Assembly: GCA_012026655.1 (NCBI GenBank)
Contig: JAAILG010001372.1
Span: 1 to 64,000, forward strand
Length of the DNA stretch: 64,000 nt
From: Hydrolagus affinis
Lineage: Eukaryota
Direction: 5' to 3'
In this document: positions 26,664 to 40,810 of the stretch, piece by piece
Position numbering within the stretch: position 1 is the stretch's first letter
Layout of the letters: every line of letters begins with the position of its first letter
Notes under the pieces: generated by a model
Told to the model about the DNA's origin: nothing
The model's input: only the letters and a program-made list of their open reading frames with translations
Databases searched by the model: none
Program-made: the position numbers and the translations under genes

Positions 26664-27955
26664 TCCTTTTAAACCACTCTCCTTCACATTGAAGTATGTA
26701 GTACTGTATTACGCTGATTGTTAAATATAGGAAGGTCCTATTATAGCATTCCCTAGTTTAACTCAGGGCTACTTATTTCCTATGTATCTGCACTGCACCA
26801 GAAGCATACTACCCTGCTAGCATGACTGTCTGACTGTCTAACATCCTACGTTGCATGGGAAGTTATTCCCTTCCCTCTCAACACATTGTTTTTATTATCG
26901 CATACCTCCATAAGGCCCCAAGCCACTACATCATATCAGAATATAGGGTCAGCCCCTGAATGTGCAAAACTCGCTGACCAAGAGACAGTACGAAGAGAAG
27001 GGATAAGAATATAAGAATTCAAACTGTTAAGAGCTAGAACGAGAAAAGGGTGAGGCAGATACAATTAGAATCGAGGCTAGAAGTCACACAAGCTGCAAAG
27101 CAACCCGAAGCCTGACAAATGGGTAAGAAATAATTGATGACTAATTAGAAAGAGACAAAATGATGGTGACCTTTTGTCTGATTCAGATATATCTAGATTG
27201 AGCAGCAAGTCCCCTGGGTGTTTGTTTAATGCAGGGTTCACTCTTTGGAGTCATTTGTAATTTGATACAAAGCTAAGTTCTGTAACAGAGCTAAAACTCT
27301 TGTGGGTTTTTTTACACACATTTTATGGAAATCAATCAGCCTTCAGAGCTTAACTCCACAGGTTTTAACTAACCAACAAGTAAACTTTCAGGGTAAGAAG
27401 TAATGTTACAGTACAGCTTCATGTATCCTTCCCAGAGATTGAAGAAAATCCAAAGGAAAGAAAAAACTAGGAAAAGTCAGTACATATTAAGTATATTTAT
27501 GTGTTGGATTGAGCAATTGTCACTGTTTGACCTTAGTGTATAATGTATATTATAGTGATCATTATGTACATTAATATGTAATATCTTGGCATAAACACAT
27601 GTACCTGTATAGAATTACTGAATATGTGTGTGTAGCAGGGGTGGTTGAACAGACATTTTGGGATGGGTCTGTGAGATTCTGTTCCACACAAGGCTGTGCA
27701 TTCACCAAATGAGCCTTGGAGATTCCCTCATCTAATTATTGCTTATGATTTGTCGCCACTCAGATTAGGTACCACATTTGCCCTTCTTACAACAGCTGAA
27801 GTACTTCAAAATAGGTCATTAAAGTGAAACGTTTAAAATGTTTCTATATGACAGTGCACTATATCAAGCGTAATTGTTTTTTCCATTTGTTGTGACCGAT
27901 TTTAAAGCACAAGTAATCATTATGTTCACAGTTTCTTTGCAACATTGTCTTACAG

Positions 27956-28110
27956 GAGCCAGTGAAGAAGATGATGGAGACGATAAGCTGCTGAAACACA
28001 GGAATGAGTTCTGGTGGTTCCCACACATGTGGAGTCATATGCAGCCACATCTTTTCCACAATGAAAGTGTTCTGGCTCAGCAGATGAAACTGAACAAGCA
28101 GTTTGCACTG
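27956..28110 (+). CDS. NDST2: NDST2 coding exon 3 (deacetylase HMWSH motif)
   Basis: ttacag|GA; [51 protein letters not shown]|gtatgt; 155 nt. Confidence 0.95.
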
Positions 28111-28231
28111 GTATGTAATGAATTTGGGTTCTTCAGGGCAGCAAAAAGTACAGTAATAAGAACCAGGAGTGAAACATTAAATATGAAAATATTTATCAAC
28201 ATTGGTTTCAATCCATATTGAAACTTAAAGA

Positions 28232-28392
28232 ATAAATTGGCCATTTCAATCCATGACTGTTAAGGACACTGCTGCCGCCTTTCACCCACAAATATATAGT
28301 CAATTCACTTTACAGTATATTCTGTGAAGCGCTTTGAGACATCTAGAAGACGAGAAAAGCATTCTATCAAATGCAAGGATTATTATTATTAT
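28232..28392 (+). mobile_element. Family A SINE 3' half
   Basis: caatccatgactgt...ctgtgaagcgctttgagac...aatgcaaggattattattatt. Confidence 0.8.
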
Positions 28393-28810
28393 TGTACAGA
28401 GTAGTAACCTGTATCCAGTGTTCTGAAAACAATGGAACATATTTCTTTCAACCGAGCATGATCTGTTGCCAGTATTCCCCCAACGTCTCTTTGGATACAA
28501 AGACCTTCAGTGAATTCAGAGGCTTTGAAAGTTACATACATCCTGGAAAAGATTAACTTTCAAAAACTTCAGCGTTTCTTTTTTTAATTAATTATTTGTG
28601 GATCAGAGGGTTTGGGTCATTCAGTATTCTCAGCAGTTTGCTTTGGTTAGTTTTTGGCTTGTTCACCAGCAACTATTAACAATAGTTATAATGGGCTGGT
28701 TAGTTAAGGAGCTTGAGTAAATTAAATTTTGTACCTAATTTTTACTTCACTAATGGATTGTTTTTAGTTTTGAAGGAATCCTGCTGTGATCTGTTAACAG
28801 AAACTATATA

Positions 28811-29014
28811 TAGTAAAAGCCCGTTTATCCGGCACCCGATCAACCGTAACTTCTGCATAACCGGCACATCAAAACAAAGTCTGCATTCGATTAACTGGAA
28901 TTTATCCGGAAAAATGCATTTAACATGCATTTTTTTTTTGTGGCAAATATCCGGCACGCAATTTAACCGGCATTGGCCAGGTCTCGAGGGTGCTGGATAA
29001 ACGGGATTTTACTG
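28811..29014. mobile_element. Tc1/mariner (Tigger/pogo-type) MITE
   Basis: TIRs tagtaaaagcccgtttatccggcacc and ggtgctggataaacgggattttactg, flanked by TA on both sides; second copy at 54920. Confidence 0.85.
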
Positions 29015-29249
29015 TATTTCTTAAAAAACCTGATTAAACATCATTAAAAGTTAAGTTTGAAAAGCCACAGATAGGAGATTGGTTGGCACAGATTCCTTTC
29101 AGCCTGGAATCTGGTTTCAAACTTATTCTAAACCATGCCTACAAAATACACTACACCTTACGGTATAACCTGTGAACATAAGATGTGATAAAGCTCTATA
29201 TAAAATGCAAGCATTAATATTATGCCGATGGAATTAAGTTTTCTTGTAG

Positions 29250-29560
29250 TAATAATAATCCTTTATATTTGATAAAGCGCTTTATCACGTCATTGAGACG
29301 TCTCAAAGCACTTCACAGAATCTATGTAAAGTAAATCGACTAAATATAGCTGTGTCCTACAAACGGTTGTGGATTGAGTGAGCAAATTATTATGTTTTAA
29401 GGAATTATTACCCCTGGAAAAGCGATCCGGCAATCGTCTAACAACTTGGTTCCTACTGATTGCTAGGTAACAAAAGCGGATGGAGTAAGCAAACTTGCCT
29501 AAGGTTTCACCCTGCCCAGGCGTCGAACCTGAGCCCTCTGGCTTGTGAGGCGAGTGCTTA
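29250..29560 (-). mobile_element. Longer SINE subfamily (family B, extra central segment)
   Basis: Same head and tail as family A plus an internal segment shared with 56152-56500 and 58690-58850. Confidence 0.75.
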
Positions 29561-31754
29561 GGGTTAGTTTTAATATAGTCCCATGAGCCCATACCATCAA
29601 ATTGCCCATATTTGATAAATGTTGACAATTTCAAACTGAAAGGTCACAAATATAATTGGTATGGGAACTGGAAGAAATCGTACTAATTGTCGGAAGGTTG
29701 ATTTAATGCTCTTTATTAGCGATTTACTCTGGATCCAATTTGAGCTGTTTGTGATCTGTGTGTTTCACACTGGGTTGCAAAATTGCATATGTTGCCTTTT
29801 TTTAACTGAACAAGTGAAAAATGCATTGAAAAGGAAAAGTAAAAGTTGTGTTATTTTAATTGGATAATACACTACTCGCCATTCAAGGGTTTCAACTAAG
29901 AGGTGCAAAAAATGAAATTGTAAGAATAACTAAAGAGCAATTATGGAAAGCAAAGATCTCCATTAATTCTTCCTTACTAGTACATATTTGCCGATGGATA
30001 CACTTGACATTTATCGAATAAAAGGGACTTTTCCAAATGCCTTCATAATTTTATATTTGATTAACCCCACCCAACGTAGCCAGCCCAAACTACCTAAGAA
30101 AATCTTGGAAGCTTGCTAGCTGGAAGCGGTCTAATAAATGGAAAAGTCTGAACATGAACAAACTGGTCTTTGAATGTTGCTTCGTTGTGCAAGATTTTTT
30201 GGGGAGTATTTATTTTCAAGATACTTTTGAGCTGATGGTAAGGCCAATAGTAATAGTCTGCCTCTCTGGTCTGTTACTGCTTTATCTGGAAATAATTCTG
30301 TCTGGACAGAATTCATGGTCCTTTTTGGAAGAAAACGGTACATCCCTGTCAGCTGCTAAAGATCAGTCAACTGGTTAAATTATTCAAAGTCCTAAAACAG
30401 AAACAATAGGAATTGGAGAAAGGATAGCAACTGTAATCAGAAACAGATCATTTATAGCATACCTTTGTAGGATTCAATATACATGTAATTAATTTAAACT
30501 ATTCTGGTGCTTTAAGGAATAAACATCCAGGGATTTTGAAACTCTTTGTTGGTAGAATATTAATCTTGAAAATATGCTTACAGGAAGATCTCTTTATGTG
30601 AATCCTGTATTTGATATGTAAGTGGAGGGGAAAAATTGCTTTTGAATTTTCATCAGCTTTCAGTGGTATGTAGGTCATCAATTTCATCAGCCTGTGGTCC
30701 CAGATTAGAAGGGGATTTCCTTCTTGGGATAATTAAAATGTTTGCCATTTTAATCTTATTTTCTGCTGCAAAGAAGGTCAGAACTTTCTAATGCAGCTTT
30801 CTCCTGTGCACAAATCAACAAATTCTCTCAAAGCAACAGAAACTCAAATTAAAATTACAAACGCTTTACAACTGAAAGTTAAACAAACACCTTTTCTAAC
30901 CATCTAACTCACTTTGCCTCCTCCTGGAGTGAAGGCCTACTTAAATTATTAGCATGTTTACAATACATTCTTTTGACTTCCAAAGAGCACCTCCAGTATG
31001 GGGGTTAGGCTCTTCATGTGATACAATCGGAGCCTAGATCTAAAATGTCCAGTTAAAGAGAGGGATTCCTACTCCCAAGTTTACAGATGCTGTCAGTGTT
31101 ATAGTGAGGATGCAATATAATACAAATTTTCATAGTACCTTTCACATTTGTCCTCACCAGTCCATGGCTTCTAGACTAGCAGGGTCATGGAGCAATGTAA
31201 CTACTGGATATGTTAAATGTTTGTTCACAGTTGACTGTGGTTGAACTCACCTCTTTTACACTCCCAAGTCACTCATTTGGATCTTACTTAACTCGAGCTA
31301 AAAATTGATATTCACAATGGATTAACATTCGACCAGTTTCAATGCGTGTGGCCTGCTCTGGATTGTCGAGGACCACCACATGACCTTTCCAACAACATTA
31401 CAGGCGAGTCTCTCAGATCCCTCCCAAAGCTTTTGTTCGCAACTACTAATCAGGACTGAAGAGCAGTTGGGATAATTTTGTACTGTTTTGTGCTTCATTT
31501 ATGCTTTGAGTTAAAGTAACTAATGTACCTTAACTGTGCTCCGTATGGCTGTGCCTGCTGATTTATCTTTAATCATCGTAATAGTCCAGGGCTGTGTGAA
31601 TGAATCAGAATTCATTATTCACCATGAAATAAAAGTGCAACTCTGTCAGAAACACTGAGCTATGACATGGCCCCTTGGGGACACAAAGTCTTTCTGCAAG
31701 TTGTGAGGGTTAGTGCGGTCTCTTGTTCCCGACTGTTATCTCTGAATCCTCCCT

Positions 31755-31900
31755 TGCCATGTCAAGACCCTCCTCTTCGATCTCCACTCTCCCCGATCCC
31801 GACACTCAGCTCGGGTTCGAAACACTGACTGTCCAGCACCTTGGGATGTCCTCACGACGTGAAAGGCAGAATAAAAAGTAATTTTGTTTGTTGTTGTTGT
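31755..31900 (+). mobile_element. L2 3' tail
   Basis: tcaagaccctcctcttcga...cagcaccttgggatgtcc..gtgaaaggc..(TTG)n. Confidence 0.75.
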
Positions 31901-33544
31901 TAGAATGCACTTGCCTCCTAAGGCTCTTTTGAAATCCCGACTGTAGTCAAAAATAGCCAGTTCAAAGCTTGATAGGATGACCTCTACTGTATCTCCCTTC
32001 GTCTCCATCTCATGCGCCCCCACCCCTCCCACAACCCTCTCTCTCCCCACCAGTCCCAATTAAGGAAAGCTGTTTTTCTTGTCTTTCTGTATGTGTAATA
32101 GTACAGGAGGTTGAACTGTTTTTAGATGTAACTTTACCTCTATTGAATGTAATACAATCGGCTTTAATGAAGATGTGTGACATGATGGAGCTGTTTCAGC
32201 TGTGCTGAACCATCAGTTTATAGTTTTTACAACTGTGCCCTCACATTGCATTATAGCTGGATGACAGATTCAAAAGGGATTTATCATTCTGGTTTCTGTG
32301 AAAGTAATGTCAACAACTGGGGGGAATCTGATGTATAACCTGCCAAATATTCCATCTATGAAGTATATTCAGTTCTATAAATAGCCTCTTACCTTATGAT
32401 GCCTCCCAAATTTGAACTAAAGATAGTGAGTTGAACATTTTACATTTCCCAGGCAACTACTATTTTTCAGGTGCTTTCCCATTGTGGTTTTCAATTCTTC
32501 CGAAATGGTTTGCTGAATTCTAATGAGATGGTACTTAAAAAGTCCAGAACCATTATATCATAAATACACTGGCGTTTTTGTTCCTTAGGTAAAGTGAGTT
32601 GGCTGTATTGTGTAATTGGGGTCTATGAGTTGCATGTTGTACACAGTAGCGGCATTGAACGAGAATGAGTTGACTAGGTCCGGCTATTGAATGGTAAAAA
32701 AAACAAGGTGTAACCGGAGACTTCATTTTTAGATAAAGTTGAGGTAAGTAGAGGCCAGATTGCACAGATCTGCCATTCTTAGAATTTGTTCAGTGTGGCT
32801 GTGAAAATCATTTCTATGTTAGAGTCGAGTGTGTCATGGAGCGTGCAGCATATGCTATAGTGCAAAGCCTGGATACATTGCGGGGCACCAGAGCATGGAT
32901 CCCACCCTCTGTTGAGCTCAGTATTTGCACTGCTACACAGAAGGTAAATATCACCAAGATTTGCTGGCTTATCTGAAGGACTGAATGCAAACTGCTGAGA
33001 GGAATGGTGTCTTTCAGTGTCTTCTGGTGCCTGACAGGAGTCAGCATCAATGGAGAAGAGGTGGTTATAGTTACTGGGGCTGTGTTTAAGGGTTGTTTGT
33101 TTGATGCATTTGTCAACAATTCTTTAGCATGTTAGGAAGTAACATGTTAGGAAGAATTAGGAAGAATGCTTTGTTAATGTACAGAATTCAATAAAGAAAC
33201 CTCATTATGTTGGATTTAACACAAAGCACATAAGAACGTAAGAAATACCAGACAAAAAGACCAAGGCCCATCTGGTTCATCTTCAATTTTCCTGGTGGTC
33301 TCATGTCCCAAACTTCTAGGATATAGTACATACAAGGTAGATGTACTACATCCTATAATGTTATTTCATAAAGTACTCAATGTTCACTTCTGACCCATTA
33401 TTATCTGACATTTTCAAGAGCATAACCTTGTTATTACTAATCCTTGCATTTAATTTAGCATCTTTTATGTCAGGGGGATGACTCAAAGCGCTTGAAGGCA
33501 TACTGTATTGACTGTAGTTAAGAAGCAAATGCCTACAAGCCCCA

Positions 33545-33810
33545 CATCAGGACTTGGAATTGCAAAGTCTAGGCTGACTCCCAGTGCAGGACTGGGGGTG
33601 TGCTGCACTGTTAGAGGTGACATCCTTCAGAAAAGTCGTTAAACTGAGATCCTGTATATCCCTTCAGGTGGATGTTAAAGATCTCATAACACAGTTCGAG
33701 AAGGGGAGTTTCAAAATACAGTCATTCCACTTAGCAGTAAATCCTGTGAAGCGTTTGGGATGTCCAACAGATGTGAAAAGTGCTGTACCAAATGCAAGAA
33801 TTATTATTGA
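33545..33810 (+). mobile_element. Deu-domain SINE fragment
   Basis: cgttaaactgagatcc..tcaggtggatgttaaagatctcat plus the shared tail. Confidence 0.65.
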
Positions 33811-33931
33811 TATGATCCATAAGTTACATCTTACAACTTTTTTTAAAAAGTACATCCATAGGTGTTTTTAATGTATGAATTTCACTTTGAACCAGAGGCT
33901 TTTCCAAAACAAAACCCTCTTTATGTTACAG

Positions 33932-34117
33932 GACCATGGAATCCCCACAGACATGGGATATGCAGTGGCACCTCACCATTCAGGGGTGTACCCAGTGCAC
34001 ACACAATTGTACGAAGCCTGGAAATCCACTTGGGGAATCAAAGTCACCAGCACAGAAGAGTATCCCCACTTGAAACCAGCTCGATTCCGCAGGGGATTTA
34101 TCCACAATGGTATAATG
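33932..34117 (+). CDS. NDST2: NDST2 coding exon 4
   Basis: ttacag|[21 protein letters not shown]...[10 protein letters not shown]|gtaagt; 186 nt. Confidence 0.95.
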
Positions 34118-34334
34118 GTAAGTGACTAACTATTAACACACTTTTTAGTGCTTTGCTGCTGCAATTTCACTGCTGTGTGTGACTGTAATGCACATGAGGT
34201 GGTGAATGTTCAAATAATGAAGTGTGCATTTTCTTGCAAACTCACTTCCCATCCCAAGACCAGCTCTTGCAATTTTTAAAATCTTCTCTTCTTCTGTCTG
34301 GTGCAAACACAGTACTGGTGATTTCAAACACAAT

Positions 34335-34465
34335 TTAGCTCATTGGTTAGAGCACTCGCCTTGCAAGCGAGGGACCTGGGTTCAATTCCAGGCAGGGCAA
34401 AACCTTGGGCAAGTTTAACTTATTCTACACGCCTTATAATAATCCCCCCCCCCCCAAAATAAATA
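34335..34465 (+). mobile_element. Family A SINE 5' half
   Basis: tagctcattggttagagcactcgccttgcaagcg..gggttcaattcc (A and B boxes). Confidence 0.75.
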
Positions 34466-35159
34466 AACAGTCTTCTCTCGTGTTCTTATTCCTCAGTGGT
34501 AAAAGTAAATAAAAACACAAGAGAAGACTTTTTTTCACCAATGTAAAAGAGAATTGTAGTAGATACAGATATTTATTGGTAACTTTTGGTTCCCTGGGGT
34601 CTGATAACTCCCAGTGCATGGGCTAAGTAATCATAAAATAATTTGCATATCTATATTATCTAACATATTATGTTATCTAATTTCCAATATTTTTATTTTG
34701 GTTGGACTGGAATCAGCATTTTAAATTGAATTTTTCATGTTAATAGTAACTTCTAGTTTGTAAATGCCATTACCATTTTATTTGAGACATTATTAAACTG
34801 ATAAAATTACCAAGCCGAAAAGATGACAAAGTACAAAAAATAGGCCAACAAATAAGTCATTGGGTATTTTGCTAGTGTGCCCTTACCTAATGATCAAAAT
34901 GTTGGGAACACTGAGGCTATTCATAGTACATCTCATCTTTCACGTAGCTGAGGTAATTACCACAGACTAGGGATCGAACTTAAACCTTCCTGGTTGGTAT
35001 AAGTTAATATTGCAGCAAATCATGCATTTACTTATTGACTCAACAAAGGAGCCTATTTTGTTGATTTTGTTTCTTTAAATACCTGATTCTTATGTATATA
35101 TCTGTAGACTATGAGAAAGTAATGATGTTTTAAGCTTTTTTTTAACCAACTTGAAAATA

Positions 35160-35346
35160 AGTAATAATAATAATCCTAGCATTTGATATAGTGCTTTTCA
35201 CATCATCTAGATGTCTCAAAGCACTTCACAGAATATACTGTAAGGTGAATTGACTTACCTTGCAGCCAAATGCACACTGCAGTATCCCACAAACAGTCAT
35301 GGATTGAAATGACTAATTTATTAATGTGTTTTTTTTGGAGGGATTG
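35160..35346 (-). mobile_element. Family A SINE 3' half
   Basis: Reverse complement of the shared tail. Confidence 0.75.
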
Positions 35347-36201
35347 AAGAGGATATGCATTTTGATGAGAATTTTATCTAAGGGGTAAACAACAACAAAA
35401 TTACACTTATAGAGTGCCTTTCACATCTGGAGGACGTCCCAAGGCACTGAATAGTCAAGTCCAGAATCTCCCTTTGTTTATTCAAATCCCTTTTTTTTAA
35501 ATTAAGCTAGTTTGCTGACAGGCAACAGACAGGAGGGGGCTTATCGCTTTTAATGGACTTGTTCCATGTGTTGTAGAATTTTAATTAAGCAAGCAGTTTT
35601 TTTATGCATAGAAATATAGCAAACAGGTTTTCCTTCCAGAACAAAAAAACACTAATCAGAAATGTGGCAGTACATTATCCAGCATCCATCAGAGTAAAGG
35701 GTCTGCTGTGTGATTATAATCAATGTATTTTTATGCTCCATATAGCATTTCATGAGGACTATTGATGTGCAGTCAGTTTGGGGAAGCTTTCTTGTTGCTG
35801 GGAGGAACCATTGCAAACTTGTTTCTCAAAGTACTTAATTAGTGGACTGGAATCTTGGTAATCTTGCAATAAATATGTGTGGGTGAAGTTGAAAGTAGTT
35901 TTGCATTGTAGTTTTGCTTGTCTTTTGAATGCATAACCTGTATTACAGGAATCTTGAACTCGATCACGCAATGGCTTCTTTGCTTAAAACTCTAATCATG
36001 ACTTGGCTAAGCTGCATTGTATGTTTATTGCCACCTAGTAAAATGGGTATATTATTAGAACACATTTCTATATGAAAAAGCTGAAGCCATGATGAGTGTC
36101 TAGTGTCTATTAAATTTGATATTTACTGCAGTTAAATTTTTCTCCCTTTTCTTCTCCTCCCCTGCCGCCCCCCATCCCCCCCCGCCCCACACATTTTGTA
36201 G

Positions 36202-36342
<141 letters not shown>

Positions 36343-36599
36343 TAAAACAAGAGTTTTATATTTGATAGCGAAGACAATTGCCTTGGGAAAACATTCAATG
36401 CCTTGAGACAGCGTCTCGACGTGAAAGTGCAACTTGTTGTTTATGTTCAACAGAATAGAATTTAAGAAGTAATGTTGGAACAATCTATTTCCACTTTTGT
36501 AGAGCAGGCATTCCTATCCTTTTTTGTTTTTCAAAATTTCGAGCCATGTACCTGTTGAAAAGGAAGTCTAGATGACCAGTTCCCAAGCCTCTGGCTGTC

Positions 36600-36945
36600 A
36601 ATAATAATAATAATTCTATGATTTTTACATTTTGTATTGCACCTTTCACATTGGAATGACTTCCAAAGCACTTTGCAGGATTTACTGTAAAGTAAAACTG
36701 CAGTGACTGTGTATTTTTTCTAGGTGAAACTAGCTGCCAGTTTGCACGCAGCAATGTCTCAAAAACAGCCATGAAGTGAACAGGCAATTTTTACTGGGGA
36801 TTGTTAGCCAGGACACGAGGAGAAACTCACCTCTTTTTTCGAATACAGTACTGCCATAGCATCTTTAATGCCACCTGCATAAGTAAATGGATCCTCAGGT
36901 TGACCTAGACTGTGAGTTCATAGTCTGGTCATGGGGCTTGAATCC
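36600..36945 (-). mobile_element. Deu-domain SINE (decayed)
   Basis: (TAA)n tail and gccaggacacgaggagaaactc..tgccatagcatcttta. Confidence 0.65.
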
Positions 36946-37024
36946 AAAAACGCACAATTTGGAGTCACCCTAGCCAAAATGTTGCTTTGGTTCCCGGGGT
37001 TTTCCCCACACCTTCCTGTGATTT

Positions 37025-37432
37025 GTCAGCCTGGCTCAGTGGGTAGCACTCTCACCTCTGAGTCAGAAGGTTGAGCGTCCGAGACCCTTGATAGGACTTG
37101 AACTCACATAGTCTAAGCTGACACTATAGTGCAGTGCTGGAGGGAAGTTGCGTTGTCAGAGGAGCTGGATGAGATGTTAAACCGAGGTCCTGCGTGCCTG
37201 TCCAGGTGGTCATTAAGATCCCATGGCACTATTCAAAACGAGAGTTTCTCCTGGTATCCTGGCCAACAATTCCCCCCAATAAAATTGATCATTCATTTCA
37301 TTGTTGTTTGTGAGACATTGCTGTGCCCAATTGTGCAGCTGCATTTGCCTACAAATACACAGTCACTCTATAGTAAATCATGAGAAGTGTTTTGAAACCA
37401 TCCTCCTTACAAGGATTATTACTATTATTATT
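37025..37432 (+). mobile_element. Near-full-length Deu-domain SINE
   Basis: Head gtcagcctggctcagtgggtagcactctc..gagtcagaaggttg; Deu core gatgagatgttaaaccgagg..caggtgg..aagatcccatggcactatt..ctggccaac. Confidence 0.82.
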
Positions 37433-38527
37433 GTGGCTCGGAAATAAGACTACGGTTCAGTACCAAGCAGTGCTACCAGCTGTTACAGACTCTTGATTTT
37501 GCAAATAAGGAATCTGCAACCTATTATAGCAAAATGAGCAGATAAAGATGCTCTAGATACAGTTAACAAAATTACTAGTTTTGTTTGATAGTTTAATATT
37601 GAAATAATTAACCAGTTATGTTAGTCAATTTGAAGTCACTTCTGCATGATGCAGTTGCCAGGGCAATACTATTAATACTTGCTGAACTATAAAATTATAA
37701 CTTAGAAAATCATGAAAAAGCATCCAGGTGCAATCAAGTGGAAATGTATTCAGCTAATTTCGAAGACCATTAGTTTTGAATTAGTTTGGCAGCTTTAACA
37801 AGGAAGCTTTGATTTTCTGTGTCACATGGTAATTACCATTGAATGCTGTAATTCTTGTATGGAGGGAGCCTTGTCTGGTAATCAACACTGAACAAGTTCT
37901 TTACATCAGTTGGATAACAGCCACTATATGCAATCTCAGTCACTGTCGTGGTTGGGGTACTACAGTTGCATCTCTGGACAAGCGAGGGGTGCTATCAATA
38001 GAGTTCTCATTCCTGATTATTAACCTTGACTAATCCCAGAAAATCTGCCTGTGGACATCAGATGCACAGAAGCATCATTGTGGGTGTGATGCCCTTAAAA
38101 TTTAATAGACTGCTACTGCTCACTGTTTGGGCTCAGACATCAAGAATACTGTACCCGAAGGCTGTCTGCACCCATAGAACTGTATCTTGGCTTCAGGAAG
38201 AGGACAGGAGAAAGACAAAATAGTCAGATTCTAGATTTTTAAATGTGATAACTATTGAGTACTCTATAAAGTTTCTGAAACATGAATTCAATACTCTGAT
38301 TAACATGTAGCTATTCAATATTAATAGTGTTCTTTTTATCTCACATTTGTCACCTCTCCTCTCCTGAATTGCTGGGAGTTTATTTAAGACTTGGCATTTC
38401 TTGTGTCTTGTCTCAGAATATAGACTGCGCTGCTAGATTAATCAGTGAGAGGTTCACATTGCAAGAGTTCTTCTGAATAATTTGGGTATTGACTAGCATG
38501 AGGTAATCTTGCCTGTTGTGTACTTAT

Positions 38528-38824
38528 ATAATAATAATAATCCTTGCATTTGATGTAGCGCTTTTCACATCTACTAGACGTCTCAAAGTGCTTCATAGAA
38601 TATACTGTAAAGTGAATTGACTATATTTGTGGGCGAAATGCGACAGACATTTGTGCACAGCAGTTGTGGATTGAAATGACCCATTTATTGTTTTTTTCTT
38701 GAGGGATTATTATCAGGCATGTGGAGTAAGGAAACGTGCCAAGGTTTCACCCTGCCGGGAATCAAACCCAGGTCTCCTACTTGCAAGGCGAGTGCTCTAA
38801 TGACTGCGAGCTTACAGGACTCCA
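38528..38824 (-). mobile_element. Full-length family A SINE
   Basis: Tail at left, head acaggactcc at right. Confidence 0.85.
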
Positions 38825-38874
38825 CAATGTGAACTATATTTGAACAAGCTTGAATAAACAAGATTGGTAAAGCT

Positions 38875-38990
38875 GATGCAAAAACTGAGATCGCTGAGAT
38901 CAGCAGGTCAGCCAGCCTTATAGATGCTGAGTGTTCCCAGTGATCTCTGCTTTGTTTCAGATTTTCAGCATCTGCAGTGTTTTGCATTTC
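38875..38990. repeat. Decayed palindromic shark-type repeat (possibly Penelope-derived)
   Basis: cagcaggtcagccagc...gtttcagattttcagcatctgcagtgttttg; related to 52228-52310. Confidence 0.55.
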
Positions 38991-40509
38991 ACTCATAAAA
39001 TTGATGATGATCCCATTTGTCCAAAGAGAGTTGCTTGCTGACAGACACCTGCCCACCCACATGACCACAGCATCTTCTTTTCAAATTTCAGACTAAAGAA
39101 TCTCTTGCGATATCCCAGTGGTAACATTTTTCAGTAAAATTGAGATTAGAGATTTAATTACAGCAGCTTATTCTGTGCTTTGATTTGTAGTGTTGGTATG
39201 ATAATTGGAATACTATTTACAATATATTATCTGGCAAACATTGAAACAAGTTCATACATATTGTCTTGGATGTACGGTCGGTACAAAAGTAAATATTTCA
39301 ACAAAAATTATAAATTTCTGTTCTGTTCTGTCATCCTTCCAAACAGGCACTAGTTGTTTAACACAAATCTAAGCATCTCATGTTGATGTCTCAATGTTTG
39401 GTTGAAATATGAATGCAGAATATTTATAACATAAAATGTTACAGTGTTCTCACCAGATGTAATCAATTGTTTCTGCTCATCTGAGTCTTGGTTACTTGCT
39501 GCTGTTTGTACGCCTTTGACTACAGAGTTAATTACCTTGCAGAACTCTTTGTTTCTCAATCCATTATTATGATTTCACACAGAAAATCATTAGCTGTGTA
39601 TTATTGCACACCTTGATCGCTTCTAATTACTGATGTAAAAGATACAAGACATACTTGAGAACGTAAATCAGACATGTATGGAATATGGATTGAAAAGAAT
39701 TGCTGTAAGAAGGCAATGCTTTGGTAATTACAAAAAATGTACCTCACAAAATTGACTGAATGCAGAGTATGGGAAATAGAGCAAGCAGGGAAAGTCTCCA
39801 TTTGGGTTGCCTAATAATATCACGTGTCAGAAGTAATGAAGGAACTAACTTGCAGATAGCAATTGTAAATGAAGGTTTTTAACAAAATGTAGACATATGC
39901 CTCCGTAACATCAAACTGATGGGAAGAATGTTCAAGTGTGGTCAGTCTTTTTCTATGTTTGGCCTTGAAATTTGAAGTCCAAAGATTGGAGATATTTGAG
40001 TTCTGATGATACCGTCCATGGATTAGTACAAAAAATGTTGAGGCTAATGATATGGTAAAATTATATTTAGAACTCTGATTTCAGGGATTCAACAAACTTC
40101 TGATCTGTACAGATGTGAAAGAGGCCATGTTTTCCTTGGTTTTCATGAAACCTTTTTCTTATTTGAGGGAATATTTAGGGAATAGACAAATTCTGAACAA
40201 TTGCATGTCACCATGATTTATAGCATTATGCCAAACTGGTTTATTGTTAAGCGCCGACTTCCCATTTCCAATGACTGTGATATAAAGAGCTAATCTTTGT
40301 GACAGCTCAGATGGACAGTATTGATCACTTTTGATAATTGTTATTCCTATGTGCCTGTGTTTCTACAATCTGCCTTTTGCTCATGCATTCAACGCTGTAG
40401 GTTCAGGTCTGTACTATTATTGGTTGCCTCACCCAACTACTGTTTTTCAAATACTGTAATAGTAATAATTGACATCTATAAAACAGCACAATACCTGTTA
40501 AGTTGAAAT

Positions 40510-40810
40510 GCAACAAAATTACATTTATAGAGTGCCTTTCATGTCAAGAGGACGTCCTAAGGTGCTGAACCGTCAGGGGTTGGGACCCGAGCACAAGGGA
40601 AGGGCAGAATAGGGGAAGAGGAAAGAGGTGGGAGGACGACAGAAGGCAGAATCGAAAAGGAGGGTCTTGAGACTGGCCTTGAAGGAGGCAAGGGAGGAAG
40701 CGAGGCAAAGGGACTGTGGGATGGAGTTCTAAAGTGTTGGGGGCAGAGAGGATGAAAGCCAGGCCACCAATGGTCGGGCGGGAGTCATGGAGCTGACTGG
40801 AGCCTGTTGA
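40510..40810 (-). mobile_element. L2 3' fragment
   Basis: RPTIGGLAFILSAP and the conserved tail. Confidence 0.82.
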
